DNA from: an uncultured Muribaculaceae bacterium
GTDB taxonomy: Bacteria > Cyanobacteriota > Vampirovibrionia > Gastranaerophilales > Gastranaerophilaceae
Reading direction: 5' to 3'
NCBI GenBank assembly: GCA_964527005.1
Contig: CAZGRH010000001.1
Span: forward strand, 1 to 44,439
Length of the DNA: 44,439 bases
The notes under the pieces are model-generated. The model was not told the DNA's origin and searched no databases. It worked only from the letters and a program-made list of their open reading frames with translations. Shown here piece by piece: positions 18,572 to 28,438 of this stretch. Position 1 is the first letter of the stretch; every line of letters starts with the position of its first letter. A program made the translations under genes and the position numbers.

Positions 18572-21169
18572 TTAAAGATAAACAACATTGTTTTTTACAT
18601 TTAATTCTTCTGCTAATGAAATCATTTCTTCATAATGACAAGTGAAGAATAAAACTTGATTTGTTTTTGAAAATTCAGAAAGACATTTTAGCGTATTTTT
18701 TGTTCGTTCTTTGTCAAAATTTACAAAAGCATCATCAATAATTAAAGGCAAATTTGCTTTTCCGTTTGATTGCATTGTTGTACTGTCTACGGAATAATTT
18801 GAAGCATATCCTAATCTTAAAGCTAAATATAATTGTTCTTTTGTACCTCTTGAAAGATTATTCCAATTTTTAATTATACTTCCAGTTGAATTTTCAATTT
18901 CTTCTTTTTCTAAATTAATTAAAGAATATTTTCCGCCGGTCAAAATATTTAAATATTTTTGTGCATTTACCAAATCAGGTTGATTTTTATCAAAATTCTT
19001 TTTTGCTTTATCAGCAAGGTATAAAATCATTTTTATTGTAAATAATTCTTTTACTTTTTCCCTGTATTTATCTGTTAGGAGCGTTTTTTGCGCTTTTAAT
19101 CCGCTTACGCTTTTAACGTGTTCAAGATTATATTTTTGTGTATTTATCTTTTTTATTTCTTCAGAAAGTTCATTTTTTTCTTGTTCCGTATCTTTTATTA
19201 CTTCATCAATATTATCGAAATCAATTTCAATATTTGTTATTTTTAATTCATTAATTTGATTTTTTAATTCGGAAATCTTTTCATTTCTTATTTTTATATC
19301 ATTTGACTTGTTATCATTTATATCGTTGTATTTTTTTAATTTTTCAATATTATCCGTAATATTTTCGGAAAATTCCATATTGATGTTATTTTCTATAATG
19401 AAATTTTTTAAATTTGATTTTATTGTTTCATTTATATCTTTAGAAGATTTTATGACATTTGAAATTTCTTCAAAATCAGTTAAATCTTTTTGAATTTTTT
19501 TTATAAATTCGATAAATTCATTATATTTTTTATAATCAATATTAAACTCAATTAAAGTATCAATTTCTGATTTGAAATTATTTATTTGACTTGTTAGTAA
19601 ATCAATTTTATTTTGTAATTCCGTTATATATTGTTTGTGTTGATTATCTTCACATATTAATTCATCTGCTTTTTCAAGTTTTCTTTTTAGATTATCTTTT
19701 AAATGTTCTAATTTTAATGAAATATATGTTTCGTCTTCGTTTATTATGTTCGGATAATAAATCGCCGCTTGTTTTTTTAAGTTATTCAATATTTCTGTTT
19801 GCCGTGTTTCTTTTTTTGTAAATTCAATTAAATCTTTTTTTTGTTTTGAAAATTTAATTAAATAATAAATTGCGGAAAAAATTAAAATACAACAAGCGAA
19901 ACTTCCTGCCATTATATTGTTTTTTGTAAAAGCAATAATTGCATATAAAAACGTAATTGCACTTATTATCCCGATTACAATTGAGTCTTGTTTTAAATTT
20001 TTAGAATATTCAATTGATTTTAAACCTTTTGTTTCTTCTGTTGTTATATAATAATATTTTTTTAATTCGAATTCCAATAAATCATATAATGCTTTAATAT
20101 CGGATAATTTTTGGTTGTTCAATTCTTGTTCTGATTTTCCGATATTCTTTTTAATTTTACTTTCATAGTTATTAATATCGTTTTGATAGTTTTCAATTTG
20201 TATTTCCGATTTTTTTATTTCATTTATTAAATCAGAAATTCTGTTTGTTTTGTCTAAATCAAAAGAAAAATTAATAATATCCTCTTTTGAAATATTTAAA
20301 GAATATTTTGTTTTTATAATGTCTGTATTTTGAGAAATTCTGTTTTTTAAATTTTCAATTTTTTCCGTATTTTCTTCAATTATTTTTAAATTTGCTTTAT
20401 ATTTACCGAAAGTTTCGATGATTTCATAGTATTTTTCTCGGTTTTGTTGTAATTTAAGATTAAAATTTAGGGATAAAGCGGATTTTTCTTTTTCTAATTC
20501 ATTTAAATCTTTTGATTTCTTTAAAAAAGACAATTTTCTTTTGAAATTTTGCAGATTATTTTCTGCGTTATGGAGATTAGATAAAGTAATATTATATTCT
20601 GTTTCGTTATTAGAATAATTTTGTATCTCTTCATTAATTTTAGGTAAATTTTTTATTATTTCGTATAAATTTTTTTTGGCTTTACCATCTTTACCAATAA
20701 AAACATCAAGAATTTTTATGTAGTTTTGTATGTTTTCATTTAATTTTTTTGAAGAAGTATCATTAATTAAATCAGTTAAAGAAAGGTTATCCGCAGCATT
20801 TAACGTACATAATTCATCTAAAGTTAAAGTAAAACCAGAATAATAATATCTTCTGTCGATATATTTATCTGAAAAATTTGTTACTATGTTGCCGGAATTA
20901 TCATAAAATTTACATCTTTCTTTTCTGTTCTTGGAAAAATCAACATCCCGCCTGTATTCATTATCGGAAAGAGAAATATATATTTTCCCTTTATCTGATT
21001 TATTTTCCATGAAAAAACTTGTTTTTAAAAAATTCATTAAAGAGCTTTTGCCCGCTTCATTATTTCCGCAAATAAAATTTAATTCCGATGAAAAATTATA
21101 CGCAATGCCCGTTTTTATATCTTTTTCGCTTTTTTCAACAAGAACTTTATTAATTATAAATTTTTCCAT
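18572..21169 (-). CDS. YhaN/SbcC-like AAA ATPase with a long coiled coil interrupted by a two-helix hydrophobic hairpin
   Basis: Walker A FICGNNEAGKSSL. C-terminal signature-like LSRGTKEQL, Walker B LPLIIDDAFVNFD and H-loop FFTCH. Heptad-like K/E/N-rich middle. Central hydrophobic helices IVIGIISAITFLYAIIAFT and AGSFACCILIFSAIYYLIKF. I place the start at ATG 21169 (MEKFIINK), preceded by AGAGG and 1 nt after the upstream stop; the track opens at 21223. Confidence 0.8.
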   Translation of the reverse strand: MEKFIINKVLVEKSEKDIKTGIAYNFSSELNFICGNNEAGKSSLMNFLKTSFFMENKSDKGKIYISLSDNEYRRDVDFSKNRKERCKFYDNSGNIVTNFSDKYIDRRYYYSGFTLTLDELCTLNAADNLSLTDLINDTSSKKLNENIQNYIKILDVFIGKDGKAKKNLYEIIKNLPKINEEIQNYSNNETEYNITLSNLHNAENNLQNFKRKLSFLKKSKDLNELEKEKSALSLNFNLKLQQNREKYYEIIETFGKYKANLKIIEENTEKIENLKNRISQNTDIIKTKYSLNISKEDIINFSFDLDKTNRISDLINEIKKSEIQIENYQNDINNYESKIKKNIGKSEQELNNQKLSDIKALYDLLEFELKKYYYITTEETKGLKSIEYSKNLKQDSIVIGIISAITFLYAIIAFTKNNIMAGSFACCILIFSAIYYLIKFSKQKKDLIEFTKKETRQTEILNNLKKQAAIYYPNIINEDETYISLKLEHLKDNLKRKLEKADELICEDNQHKQYITELQNKIDLLTSQINNFKSEIDTLIEFNIDYKKYNEFIEFIKKIQKDLTDFEEISNVIKSSKDINETIKSNLKNFIIENNINMEFSENITDNIEKLKKYNDINDNKSNDIKIRNEKISELKNQINELKITNIEIDFDNIDEVIKDTEQEKNELSEEIKKINTQKYNLEHVKSVSGLKAQKTLLTDKYREKVKELFTIKMILYLADKAKKNFDKNQPDLVNAQKYLNILTGGKYSLINLEKEEIENSTGSIIKNWNNLSRGTKEQLYLALRLGYASNYSVDSTTMQSNGKANLPLIIDDAFVNFDKERTKNTLKCLSEFSKTNQVLFFTCHYEEMISLAEELNVKNNVVYL

Positions 21170-21170
21170 T

Positions 21171-22445
21171 TTATACCTCTTCATCCTCGTTGCCGTAGAC
21201 ATTATTACATAAATTAATTCCAAAATCTTTTGTTAATGTGCATATTTCGGATTTAAATTCTTGCAGTTCTTCTTTTGTAAAATTACAAGCGGGAAGAATT
21301 TTTTTAAAGTCGTCATTAACGCAATTAAAGGCTAATTCCAATTCTTCTTCCGACATTAATTGTGAATATAATTCGCCAATTATTCCCGTATCTTCTTTTA
21401 ATTTGTTAATATCTGCTTTTAAAGAAGTGTTATTTCTAATTTTTGAAATACAAATTTTATTACAAAATTCTTCTTTGATTTTTTCGGATATTTTTTCGAA
21501 AAATTCATCTGTTAATTCATTATAAAAATTAATAAAACCGATTAAATTTAACCTAAAAAGATATAATTCACAATTTCTGTTTTGTTGTTCAATTGTATAA
21601 TTTTTTACGGTTTCAGAAATTAAATCATATGCAGATGTTGTATCGCAAGCAGAAGATAAGTCAATTGTTAAATCTTCGTATCTGACAACATCTGCTTGGA
21701 TTAATTCATTATTTTTAATTTTATTATTTTTAACGGTAATATATTTAAAACCGTGAATACCTGTTTCTTTTGTGTTGCGACCTTGCAAAGTGCCGACATA
21801 ATATTCATTTGGAATATGTATATGCCCTAAGGCATAATAGTCAAAGCCTAATGCAAATAAATCACTGTTGTTACAAGGTGCATAATCACTATCTGATGTT
21901 CCGTTTAAGTCACAATGAAGCAATGCAATATTAAATAATGATTTTTCTTCGCCATTCGGAGCTGACAAATAATTTAAGATATTTTCTTTAAACGAATTTT
22001 CTTTATAGCTAATTGCTTGAATTAACGCACAAGGTAAATTGTTTTTATCATTAACCGTAAATTTTGAATTTATAGGCGTATTTAATCCGACAATTTTTAT
22101 AATTGAATTTTCATCAAAATCAAAAGTATTTTTGTTATATGAAAATATAGGGTCATGATTTCCTGCAATAATGTATGTTTTAATTTTTTCACTTTCAAGT
22201 CTTTTTAATTGATTTTTTAAAATCCATTTAGAATTGAAATCTTGTTGTGCGGAATCAAAAACATCACCTGAAATCAGTACAAAATCCGTTTGTTTTTCAA
22301 TAGCGAAATCAATTGCTTTTTTTAATGCATTTTCTGTCGCATTTTGAACAATTTTAATGATGTTTTCATCATTGGAATATACGGATAATCCAGAAAACGG
22401 ACGTCCCAAATGAATATCTGAAATATGTATAAAAGAAAATTCCAA
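21171..22445 (-). CDS. YhaO/SbcD-like metallophosphoesterase (DNA repair exonuclease family)
   Basis: Calcineurin-like motifs HISDIHLG, ISGDVFD, IAGNHD and LGHIH. The track starts at TTG 22466. I prefer TTG 22445 (MEFSFIHISDIHLG) because GGAG sits 8 nt upstream. Confidence 0.8.
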   Translation of the reverse strand: MEFSFIHISDIHLGRPFSGLSVYSNDENIIKIVQNATENALKKAIDFAIEKQTDFVLISGDVFDSAQQDFNSKWILKNQLKRLESEKIKTYIIAGNHDPIFSYNKNTFDFDENSIIKIVGLNTPINSKFTVNDKNNLPCALIQAISYKENSFKENILNYLSAPNGEEKSLFNIALLHCDLNGTSDSDYAPCNNSDLFALGFDYYALGHIHIPNEYYVGTLQGRNTKETGIHGFKYITVKNNKIKNNELIQADVVRYEDLTIDLSSACDTTSAYDLISETVKNYTIEQQNRNCELYLFRLNLIGFINFYNELTDEFFEKISEKIKEEFCNKICISKIRNNTSLKADINKLKEDTGIIGELYSQLMSEEELELAFNCVNDDFKKILPACNFTKEELQEFKSEICTLTKDFGINLCNNVYGNEDEEV

Positions 22446-22571
22446 AATTACAACTCCTATAAACAAAGATATTAAATATGATATTATAAAACAAGAAAAA
22501 AAGCCTGTTTTTAAAAATAATTAATATTCTGACATGTTTATTTTTGTTGTTAATTACGTTATTATAATTAT

Positions 22572-23312
22572 ATGAAAAATCAAAAAATAAGATTAAATAA
22601 ATATATAGCTTCTTGCGGATTTTGTTCAAGAAGGAAAGCTGACGAATACATAGAGAACGGCAATGTAAAAGTAAACGGAAATGTTGTAACAGAGCTTGGA
22701 TTTTCAGTATCTAAAAAAGATAAAATCACAATAAATAATCAAGAATTAAAACCTCAAGTTTTAACATATATTCGTTATTATAAACCTGCGGGATATATTA
22801 CAACGATGGACGATGAAAAGGGCAGAAAAACAATATATGATATATTGCCGGATGAAGTTCAAAATTTAAAGCCGATAGGTCGTTTGGATAAAGACTCTAC
22901 AGGACTTTTAATTTTGACAAATGACGGTGATTTTATTAATAAATTTGCACACCCGTCAGTAAAAGTACCAAAAGTGTACAGAGTTTGCGCTACAGGTAAA
23001 TTAAATCTTAATGACCTTGTTGTAATGGAAAAAGGTATAGAAATTGAAAAAGGACAAATAGCTTACGCTTTTGCGAGAATAATTGATTTTGAAAATAAAA
23101 ATACTGTACTGGAAATTGTATTATATCAAGGATTAAACAGACAAATAAGAAAAATGCTTGATATTTTGGGTCATCCCGTAATTTCTTTAAAACGATTAAG
23201 TATGGGTCCTGTTGATTTGCAAGGTTTAAAAAAAGGACAATTTAAATATTTAAAACCAAAACAAATTCAACAAATAAAAAATTATTTAAATAAAATAAAA
23301 GAGAAAAAATAA
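22572..23312 (+). CDS. rluB: Pseudouridine synthase, RsuA/RluB family with an N-terminal S4 domain
   Basis: 246 aa. S4 motif RLNKYIASCGFCSRRKADEYIENGNVKVNG and catalytic GRLDKDSTGLLILTNDG. Confidence 0.85.
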   Translation: MKNQKIRLNKYIASCGFCSRRKADEYIENGNVKVNGNVVTELGFSVSKKDKITINNQELKPQVLTYIRYYKPAGYITTMDDEKGRKTIYDILPDEVQNLKPIGRLDKDSTGLLILTNDGDFINKFAHPSVKVPKVYRVCATGKLNLNDLVVMEKGIEIEKGQIAYAFARIIDFENKNTVLEIVLYQGLNRQIRKMLDILGHPVISLKRLSMGPVDLQGLKKGQFKYLKPKQIQQIKNYLNKIKEKK

Positions 23313-23341
23313 GAGGCATAAATAATTATGCCTCTTATTTT
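23311..23341. terminator. Rho-independent terminator shared by convergent genes
   Basis: Perfect 10-bp stem AAGAGGCATA (23311-23320) / TATGCCTCTT (23327-23336) with a 6-nt loop. Followed by ATTTT on the + strand and preceded by A-rich sequence, so it could serve both directions. Confidence 0.7.
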
Positions 23342-23357
23342 AAGTAAAAAAAACAAA

Positions 23358-23648
23358 TTAAATTCTGTTTTCCCAAACTCCGCCATCTCTGTCAACAAGT
23401 GCATCATAAAAAGACCAAATTCTAAATACTCCTGTTAAACCTAATAAAGCATGAGTTACGTTTTTATCTTTCGGTTGTTTATTAATGGCTTGACCAATTC
23501 CCGGCCATACAAGTAAAGAACAAAATGCAGCGCCTACACTTCTGCCTGATACTTCACCGTTTTTACCGTGAGTACCTTTCGCAAATGCAGGTGTAGCAAT
23601 AGCCATAACTGATATCAAAATGAATACCGAACAAATTTTCTTAAACAT
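23358..23648 (-). CDS. Small secreted/membrane protein of unknown function
   Basis: 96 aa. Signal peptide MFKKICSVFILISVMAIATPAFA, a hydrophobic WPGIGQ segment, and RBS GGAGTG upstream. Confidence 0.55.
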   Translation of the reverse strand: MFKKICSVFILISVMAIATPAFAKGTHGKNGEVSGRSVGAAFCSLLVWPGIGQAINKQPKDKNVTHALLGLTGVFRIWSFYDALVDRDGGVWENRI

Positions 23649-23696
23649 TTTTACACTCCATTCTTAATCCACTATAGTATTATAATAAAAAGTTTA

Positions 23697-23957
23697 TTAT
23701 TCATCAATTAAGAATACTGTTGATATAACAATTCTTTGAGGGAATGTACCATTTTCTAAATAATAAGCATTGACTGCATTATTTAAAGTTGAATGCGCTT
23801 TTTTAAGGGCAGATTTATATTCTTGCCATTTGTGATTTGCAAACAGTGTTGGCACGGTAATTGCAGAAATAATACCGATAATTACGAGAGTAATTAAAAC
23901 TTCGCTAAGCGTAAAAGCCTTGCGGTTGTAAGGGGGGGGGGCAAATCGATTGTCCAT
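23697..23957 (-). CDS. Prepilin-type N-terminal cleavage/methylation domain protein (type IV pilin / pseudopilin-like)
   Basis: KAFTLSEVLITLVIIGIISAITVPTLF is the class III signal / pilin N-terminal helix (FTLxE). Start placed at ATG 23957 (MDNRF...) because GGAGG lies 9 nt upstream; the track opens at 23999. Gives 86 aa. Confidence 0.7.
   Translation of the reverse strand: MDNRFAPPPYNRKAFTLSEVLITLVIIGIISAITVPTLFANHKWQEYKSALKKAHSTLNNAVNAYYLENGTFPQRIVISTVFLIDE
23932..23941. repeat. G10 (C10 on the coding strand) homopolymeric tract inside the pilin-like gene
   Basis: Counted directly: a + 9 g at 23931-23940, plus g at 23941. Encodes A-P-P-P at codons 6-9 (GCC CCC CCC CCT). Confidence 0.9.
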
Positions 23958-23989
23958 TTTTAACATCCTCCGTTTGATATACCACTTAT

Positions 23990-24018
23990 ACAATACCACA
24001 TTTCACCGAATTTGTAAA
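23990..24018 (-). promoter_or_regulatory. Candidate promoter of the pilin-like gene
   Basis: Minus strand reads TTTACA, 17 nt, then TG-g-TATTGT. It ends about 30 nt upstream of the GGAGG RBS. Sequence match only. Confidence 0.35.
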
Positions 24019-24093
24019 CATGTGGAGGGGAATTTTGAAAATAATAAAATATGTTATTTTAAAAGTATCGAAAAGATATTGTAAATGTATTGA

Positions 24094-25803
24094 TTATATC
24101 AAATTCATTTTTTTTGATTCTTTCAGTGCATATTTTGCTTCTTGAGTAAATGCTTCTTTGTTAAAATTTTCAGGTTCTTTTGTTATGCATTTAAATCCGA
24201 AACCATATTGAAAAGCGGATGGTACTTGTGCAACGATGTGTTCGTATTCTCCTATTACTGAATTGACGCAGTGTTCAACCCCAGGGTCAATAACTGCCAA
24301 ATCGCCTTCTTTTAATATTTTAATTTCCGGTTTGCCCTCTTTTACAACAATTAAAGCAGCTGCACCGCTTGTTATCAAATACATTTCCGTTTGTCTTTTT
24401 TCTGCTAAATTAGGATGTTTATGCAATTTTTCGTCTTTTCTTAAATCAGACATTGCATAAATATTTTCATCATCCGTTTGTACAAGAGAAGCGCCTAAAA
24501 AAGGAGTTTGTCCTTTGCTTGAACCTAGTGCCGTAGAATTTGTTACCCAGTTCGTTTTTTCAAGTGTCCAATTGTTTAATTTGTCGTTTAGATTGTATAC
24601 CGCTGCATTTTTATCGATAAATTTTAATCCGCTTATGTCAAAGCCCGTGTTATCGACTTTTTTTAGGTATTCATAAACAGTTTCTTTTTCTTCTTGATTA
24701 AAATTGTATTCTTCTAATTTTTTTATAAGGTTTTCTTTATTTCCGTAAGATTCTTTCCAATAAAGCATATCGGTGTTTTCTTTATTGTTGTACAAAATAC
24801 CTGCTTTTTTTAGTTTCGTAATTAATTCTTTAGGCATATCATCGGCATTGTCTGTTCTCACAAATCTTGAATCAGTGTGTACCATCCTTGTTTGTTTGAA
24901 AATAGGCATAATTACGGCTATTTCTTCATCGGTAAACCCTTTTTCTTTTAATAAATTTTCTTCAAATTTATTATTATAAAATTGATTAAATCTTACATAT
25001 CCGTTTTCTTTTGTCGCAATAATTCCTTTGTCGAGCAATTTATCAAAAATATTTTTTGATTTTTCAAATTTTAATCGGTTTTCTTCACTCATCATATCTT
25101 TTTTTGAATTTAAGTCAAAAATTAGATTGTTTGCCGATTCGTATTTATTTATGTTTAATTCTTTTAAAAAGTTTTCTGATTTGAGTTCATCGGGTAATAA
25201 CATTGCAGGCGGAAAATCACCGTTATAAAGGTGTGAATTATAATAAGCCAGTTCTAAAAATTTGTTTTTAATATTCTCATCTTCTGCATTTTTGCCGTAT
25301 CGCTCATACCAATCGTAATCTTTTTTAGAAAAAATTACCATCGGATAACCTTTTTTTATATTGATTTTTGCTTCAGTGCCGCCGTTAATCATAACTGCGG
25401 AATTTTCATTTAAAGGAACGGTTTTTCCTTTTATTTCAAAAGTTCCTTCGCATTTTTTCGGAATTATAACTTGGGTGTCATATAAAAATTCGTTATCTCT
25501 ATTTAGGTATGAAATTGCTTTTTCACCATATATAACTTCGGTTTGCGAATCAAAATCAATAACATAAGACCCGTTATTTTTTGTTTCAAGTAATGGAATA
25601 TCTTCTTCTTTTGTAATAATAAATGCGCTTTTTATTGCAGGTGCATTTCCTCTAAAAGAAACAGGTAAAAAATTAGCCCTGACGTTTGCGCTTGAGTAAT
25701 TTGCAACAGGTTTCTCGGCATTATTTTGCAAAAGTTTTGAATTATTCTTTTGTGCCGTGTTTTTTATGTTATTAATTTGATTTTTTATTCCCGTGATTTT
25801 CAT
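24094..25803 (-). CDS. Hypothetical protein with a C-terminal cupin domain
   Basis: 569 aa. The C-terminal approx. 100 aa resemble cupin_2 (HKHPNLAEKRQTEMYLITSGAAALIVV...GDLAVIDPGVEHCV). The N-terminal 450 aa are unrecognised. Confidence 0.65.
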   Translation of the reverse strand: MKITGIKNQINNIKNTAQKNNSKLLQNNAEKPVANYSSANVRANFLPVSFRGNAPAIKSAFIITKEEDIPLLETKNNGSYVIDFDSQTEVIYGEKAISYLNRDNEFLYDTQVIIPKKCEGTFEIKGKTVPLNENSAVMINGGTEAKINIKKGYPMVIFSKKDYDWYERYGKNAEDENIKNKFLELAYYNSHLYNGDFPPAMLLPDELKSENFLKELNINKYESANNLIFDLNSKKDMMSEENRLKFEKSKNIFDKLLDKGIIATKENGYVRFNQFYNNKFEENLLKEKGFTDEEIAVIMPIFKQTRMVHTDSRFVRTDNADDMPKELITKLKKAGILYNNKENTDMLYWKESYGNKENLIKKLEEYNFNQEEKETVYEYLKKVDNTGFDISGLKFIDKNAAVYNLNDKLNNWTLEKTNWVTNSTALGSSKGQTPFLGASLVQTDDENIYAMSDLRKDEKLHKHPNLAEKRQTEMYLITSGAAALIVVKEGKPEIKILKEGDLAVIDPGVEHCVNSVIGEYEHIVAQVPSAFQYGFGFKCITKEPENFNKEAFTQEAKYALKESKKMNLI

Positions 25804-25931
25804 ATTTCAACCCTATTATAAATATTAACGAGTAAATGGCTTAAAAATTGCTTTATTAATTAAGAAATGTAAAATAACTTTGTCATATTATAATAAATAA
25901 TAAAATCACTCAGACGTTATTCGCAATACTA

Positions 25932-27584
25932 TTAATTGTTAAGTAATTTTCTTGCAAAAGCAATTGATTCTTCGTTTATTTCACCGGCACTTAACAGTGC
26001 AATTGCTTTTATTCTGTTTTCTCCCTGTAAATTATATACTGAAACTTTTGTTTGTTCCGCTTGTGTTTTCTTTACATAAAAATGTGTATTTGCTTTTGAA
26101 GCTATTATCGGCTGATGTGTAATAAGTATAATTTGATGAGTTTTTGATAAATTTATTAAGCTTTCTGCAACTGCTTGTGAGGCAATACCTGAAATTCCGG
26201 TATCAATTTCATCAAAAATAACCGTATTAGTTTTATCGGCTTTTGCAAAAATTGTTTTGATTGCAAGCATTACTCTTGAAATTTCTCCGCCTGAAGCTGT
26301 TTTCGCCAGCGGTTTTAAATTTTCCGATACATTTGTAGAAATTAAAAATTCTACATTGTCTGTTCCATTTTCATTTATATTGCAAGGTTCTATTGCAATT
26401 TCAAATTTTGCTTTCGGTAATTCGAGTTTGTCTAATTCTAATGTTACTGATTTAGAAAGTGTTTTTGCTAATTCTTTTCTATCGTTACTGATTGTTATTG
26501 CAAGTTTATCGATTTCCGTTTTTAAAACTTGAATTTCTTTTTCCGTATTAATTAATTCATCTTGAGATACGGAAATTTCGTTTAATTCGCTTGTTAATTT
26601 TTCATAAGTATTTAAAACATTTTCTAATGAATTACCGTATTTACGTTTGATTTTTTCAAGCAAACTAAGACGATTGCATATAATATCCATTCGTTCATTG
26701 TCATTTTCTTTTGAATCCGCATAATTTCTTAACTGATTTGAGATTTCTTTCAGTGTTTCAAATGCGTTTATAAAGTCTTCTTCCAATGGATTAATGTCGT
26801 TATCTAACCGTGAAAGTTTTGAAATATTAGATTTTATATCACTTAAAACGCTTAAAATGTTGCTATCGTTGCCATATAAAGCCCAATATGAAGAATATGA
26901 CAATTCTTTTAATTTTTCTACATTAGAAAGAATATCAAGTTCTTTTGTTAATTTTTCGCATTCATTAATATCTTCAATTTGTGCATTTTCAATTTCTTCA
27001 ATTTGGAATTTTAAAAAATCTTCTTGTTGTTGAGTCGTATTTATTAAATTGTTTAATTCATCAAGTTTTTTTTGTAAATTCAAAAAATTATGATATTTTT
27101 CTTTAAAAAGAATTACATTGTCTTTGTGCGATTTTGGCGCAAAATTATCAAGTAAAGTTATATGATTTTTAGGTTGAAGATAATTATAGCTTTTATTTTG
27201 CGTATGAATATCAAGAAGTTTTTCTCTTATATTTTTTATAAATTCTTGAGTAACCATAACTCCGTTAATTCTGTAACGATTAGCGGATGGCATAATTTCT
27301 TTCGAAATAATCAGTTCATCGTCAAAGATTTCAATTCCGTTTTCATTAAAAACAGAGCGTTCAAAATCTTTTTCAACGCCGATGGTAAGCTCAATAATAG
27401 CTTTTTCTTTTCCTGTTTTTATTTGTTCTTTTGAAGATTTTGCACCTAATGCTGAGTCTATTGCTCCGATAATAATACTTTTGCCGGCACCTGTTTCACC
27501 CGTAAAAACATTAAACCCATTATTAAAATCTAATGTGATTTCATCAATTAAAATATAATTTTTTACGGTAACGGATTTAATCAT
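25932..27584 (-). CDS. recN: DNA repair protein RecN
   Basis: 550 aa. N-terminal FNVFTGETGAGKSIIIGAI, coiled-coil middle, C-terminal SGGEISRVMLAIK and VIFDEIDTGISG. Confidence 0.93.
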   Translation of the reverse strand: MIKSVTVKNYILIDEITLDFNNGFNVFTGETGAGKSIIIGAIDSALGAKSSKEQIKTGKEKAIIELTIGVEKDFERSVFNENGIEIFDDELIISKEIMPSANRYRINGVMVTQEFIKNIREKLLDIHTQNKSYNYLQPKNHITLLDNFAPKSHKDNVILFKEKYHNFLNLQKKLDELNNLINTTQQQEDFLKFQIEEIENAQIEDINECEKLTKELDILSNVEKLKELSYSSYWALYGNDSNILSVLSDIKSNISKLSRLDNDINPLEEDFINAFETLKEISNQLRNYADSKENDNERMDIICNRLSLLEKIKRKYGNSLENVLNTYEKLTSELNEISVSQDELINTEKEIQVLKTEIDKLAITISNDRKELAKTLSKSVTLELDKLELPKAKFEIAIEPCNINENGTDNVEFLISTNVSENLKPLAKTASGGEISRVMLAIKTIFAKADKTNTVIFDEIDTGISGIASQAVAESLINLSKTHQIILITHQPIIASKANTHFYVKKTQAEQTKVSVYNLQGENRIKAIALLSAGEINEESIAFARKLLNN

Positions 27585-28437
27585 TTTGTCCTTTCCACGA
27601 TAAACCCCAGTGTAATTTTTCTCTTAATACGGAATAAAAAGAATTTTTTTCAATATTTAAAAGAATTAATTTGGCTTTATTTTTGCATTTCTTTATTTCA
27701 ATTATTTCATCGGTATCGATGGAAAAGATTTCTTGTCCGTCGGCTGAAAGTTTAAACGGTTGACTTGCAGGACTTGATGATACTTTTATAATTTCTTGTG
27801 ACGGAACAACAATAGGTCTTGCATTCATTGTATGCGGGCAAATAGGAACAATAACTATTGCATCTAATGTTGGTGTTAAAATCGGACCTCCGGCAGAAAG
27901 TGTATATGCCGTTGAGCCTGTCGGTGTCGAAATTATTATTCCGTCTGCAAGATAATCACATACAATATTGTCATTAATACGTACATATAATCTGGATGTT
28001 CTTGAAAAAGCTTCACCTTTAATCACAATATCGTTAAGTGCATTTATTTTTTCGTTTAAGGCAGAAAGCATTGTTCTTTCTTCTATTTTAAAACTTCCGT
28101 TTAAAAGACAATTTATTGCTTCTTCATATTGGTTTGCACTTGCTTGTGATAAAAATCCTAATCTTCCAAGATTTATGCCTAATATGGGAACATTAAATTC
28201 GGCATAAAATCTTGCAGCTTTTAAAATTGTGCCATCTCCGCCAAGAATAATTGCGCATGTTATTTCTTTTTCAAAATCTTTTGTTGTGCTTATTTGTGAA
28301 TTAATTCCGTGTTTTTGTAAAATATCATTGATTTTTTGCGCACAACAATAAGCTTTTTTATTATCTGAATTATAAAAAATACCGATATTGTTTATATTTA
28401 TCTCTTTATCGTTTTGTGATTTTATAATTTCAGGCAT
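27577..28437 (-). CDS. nadK: NAD kinase
   Basis: 286 aa. ILGGDGTIL, NLGRLGFL, and STPTGSTAY. Overlaps recN by 8 nt. Confidence 0.9.
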   Translation of the reverse strand: MPEIIKSQNDKEININNIGIFYNSDNKKAYCCAQKINDILQKHGINSQISTTKDFEKEITCAIILGGDGTILKAARFYAEFNVPILGINLGRLGFLSQASANQYEEAINCLLNGSFKIEERTMLSALNEKINALNDIVIKGEAFSRTSRLYVRINDNIVCDYLADGIIISTPTGSTAYTLSAGGPILTPTLDAIVIVPICPHTMNARPIVVPSQEIIKVSSSPASQPFKLSADGQEIFSIDTDEIIEIKKCKNKAKLILLNIEKNSFYSVLREKLHWGLSWKGQND

Positions 28438-28438
28438 T

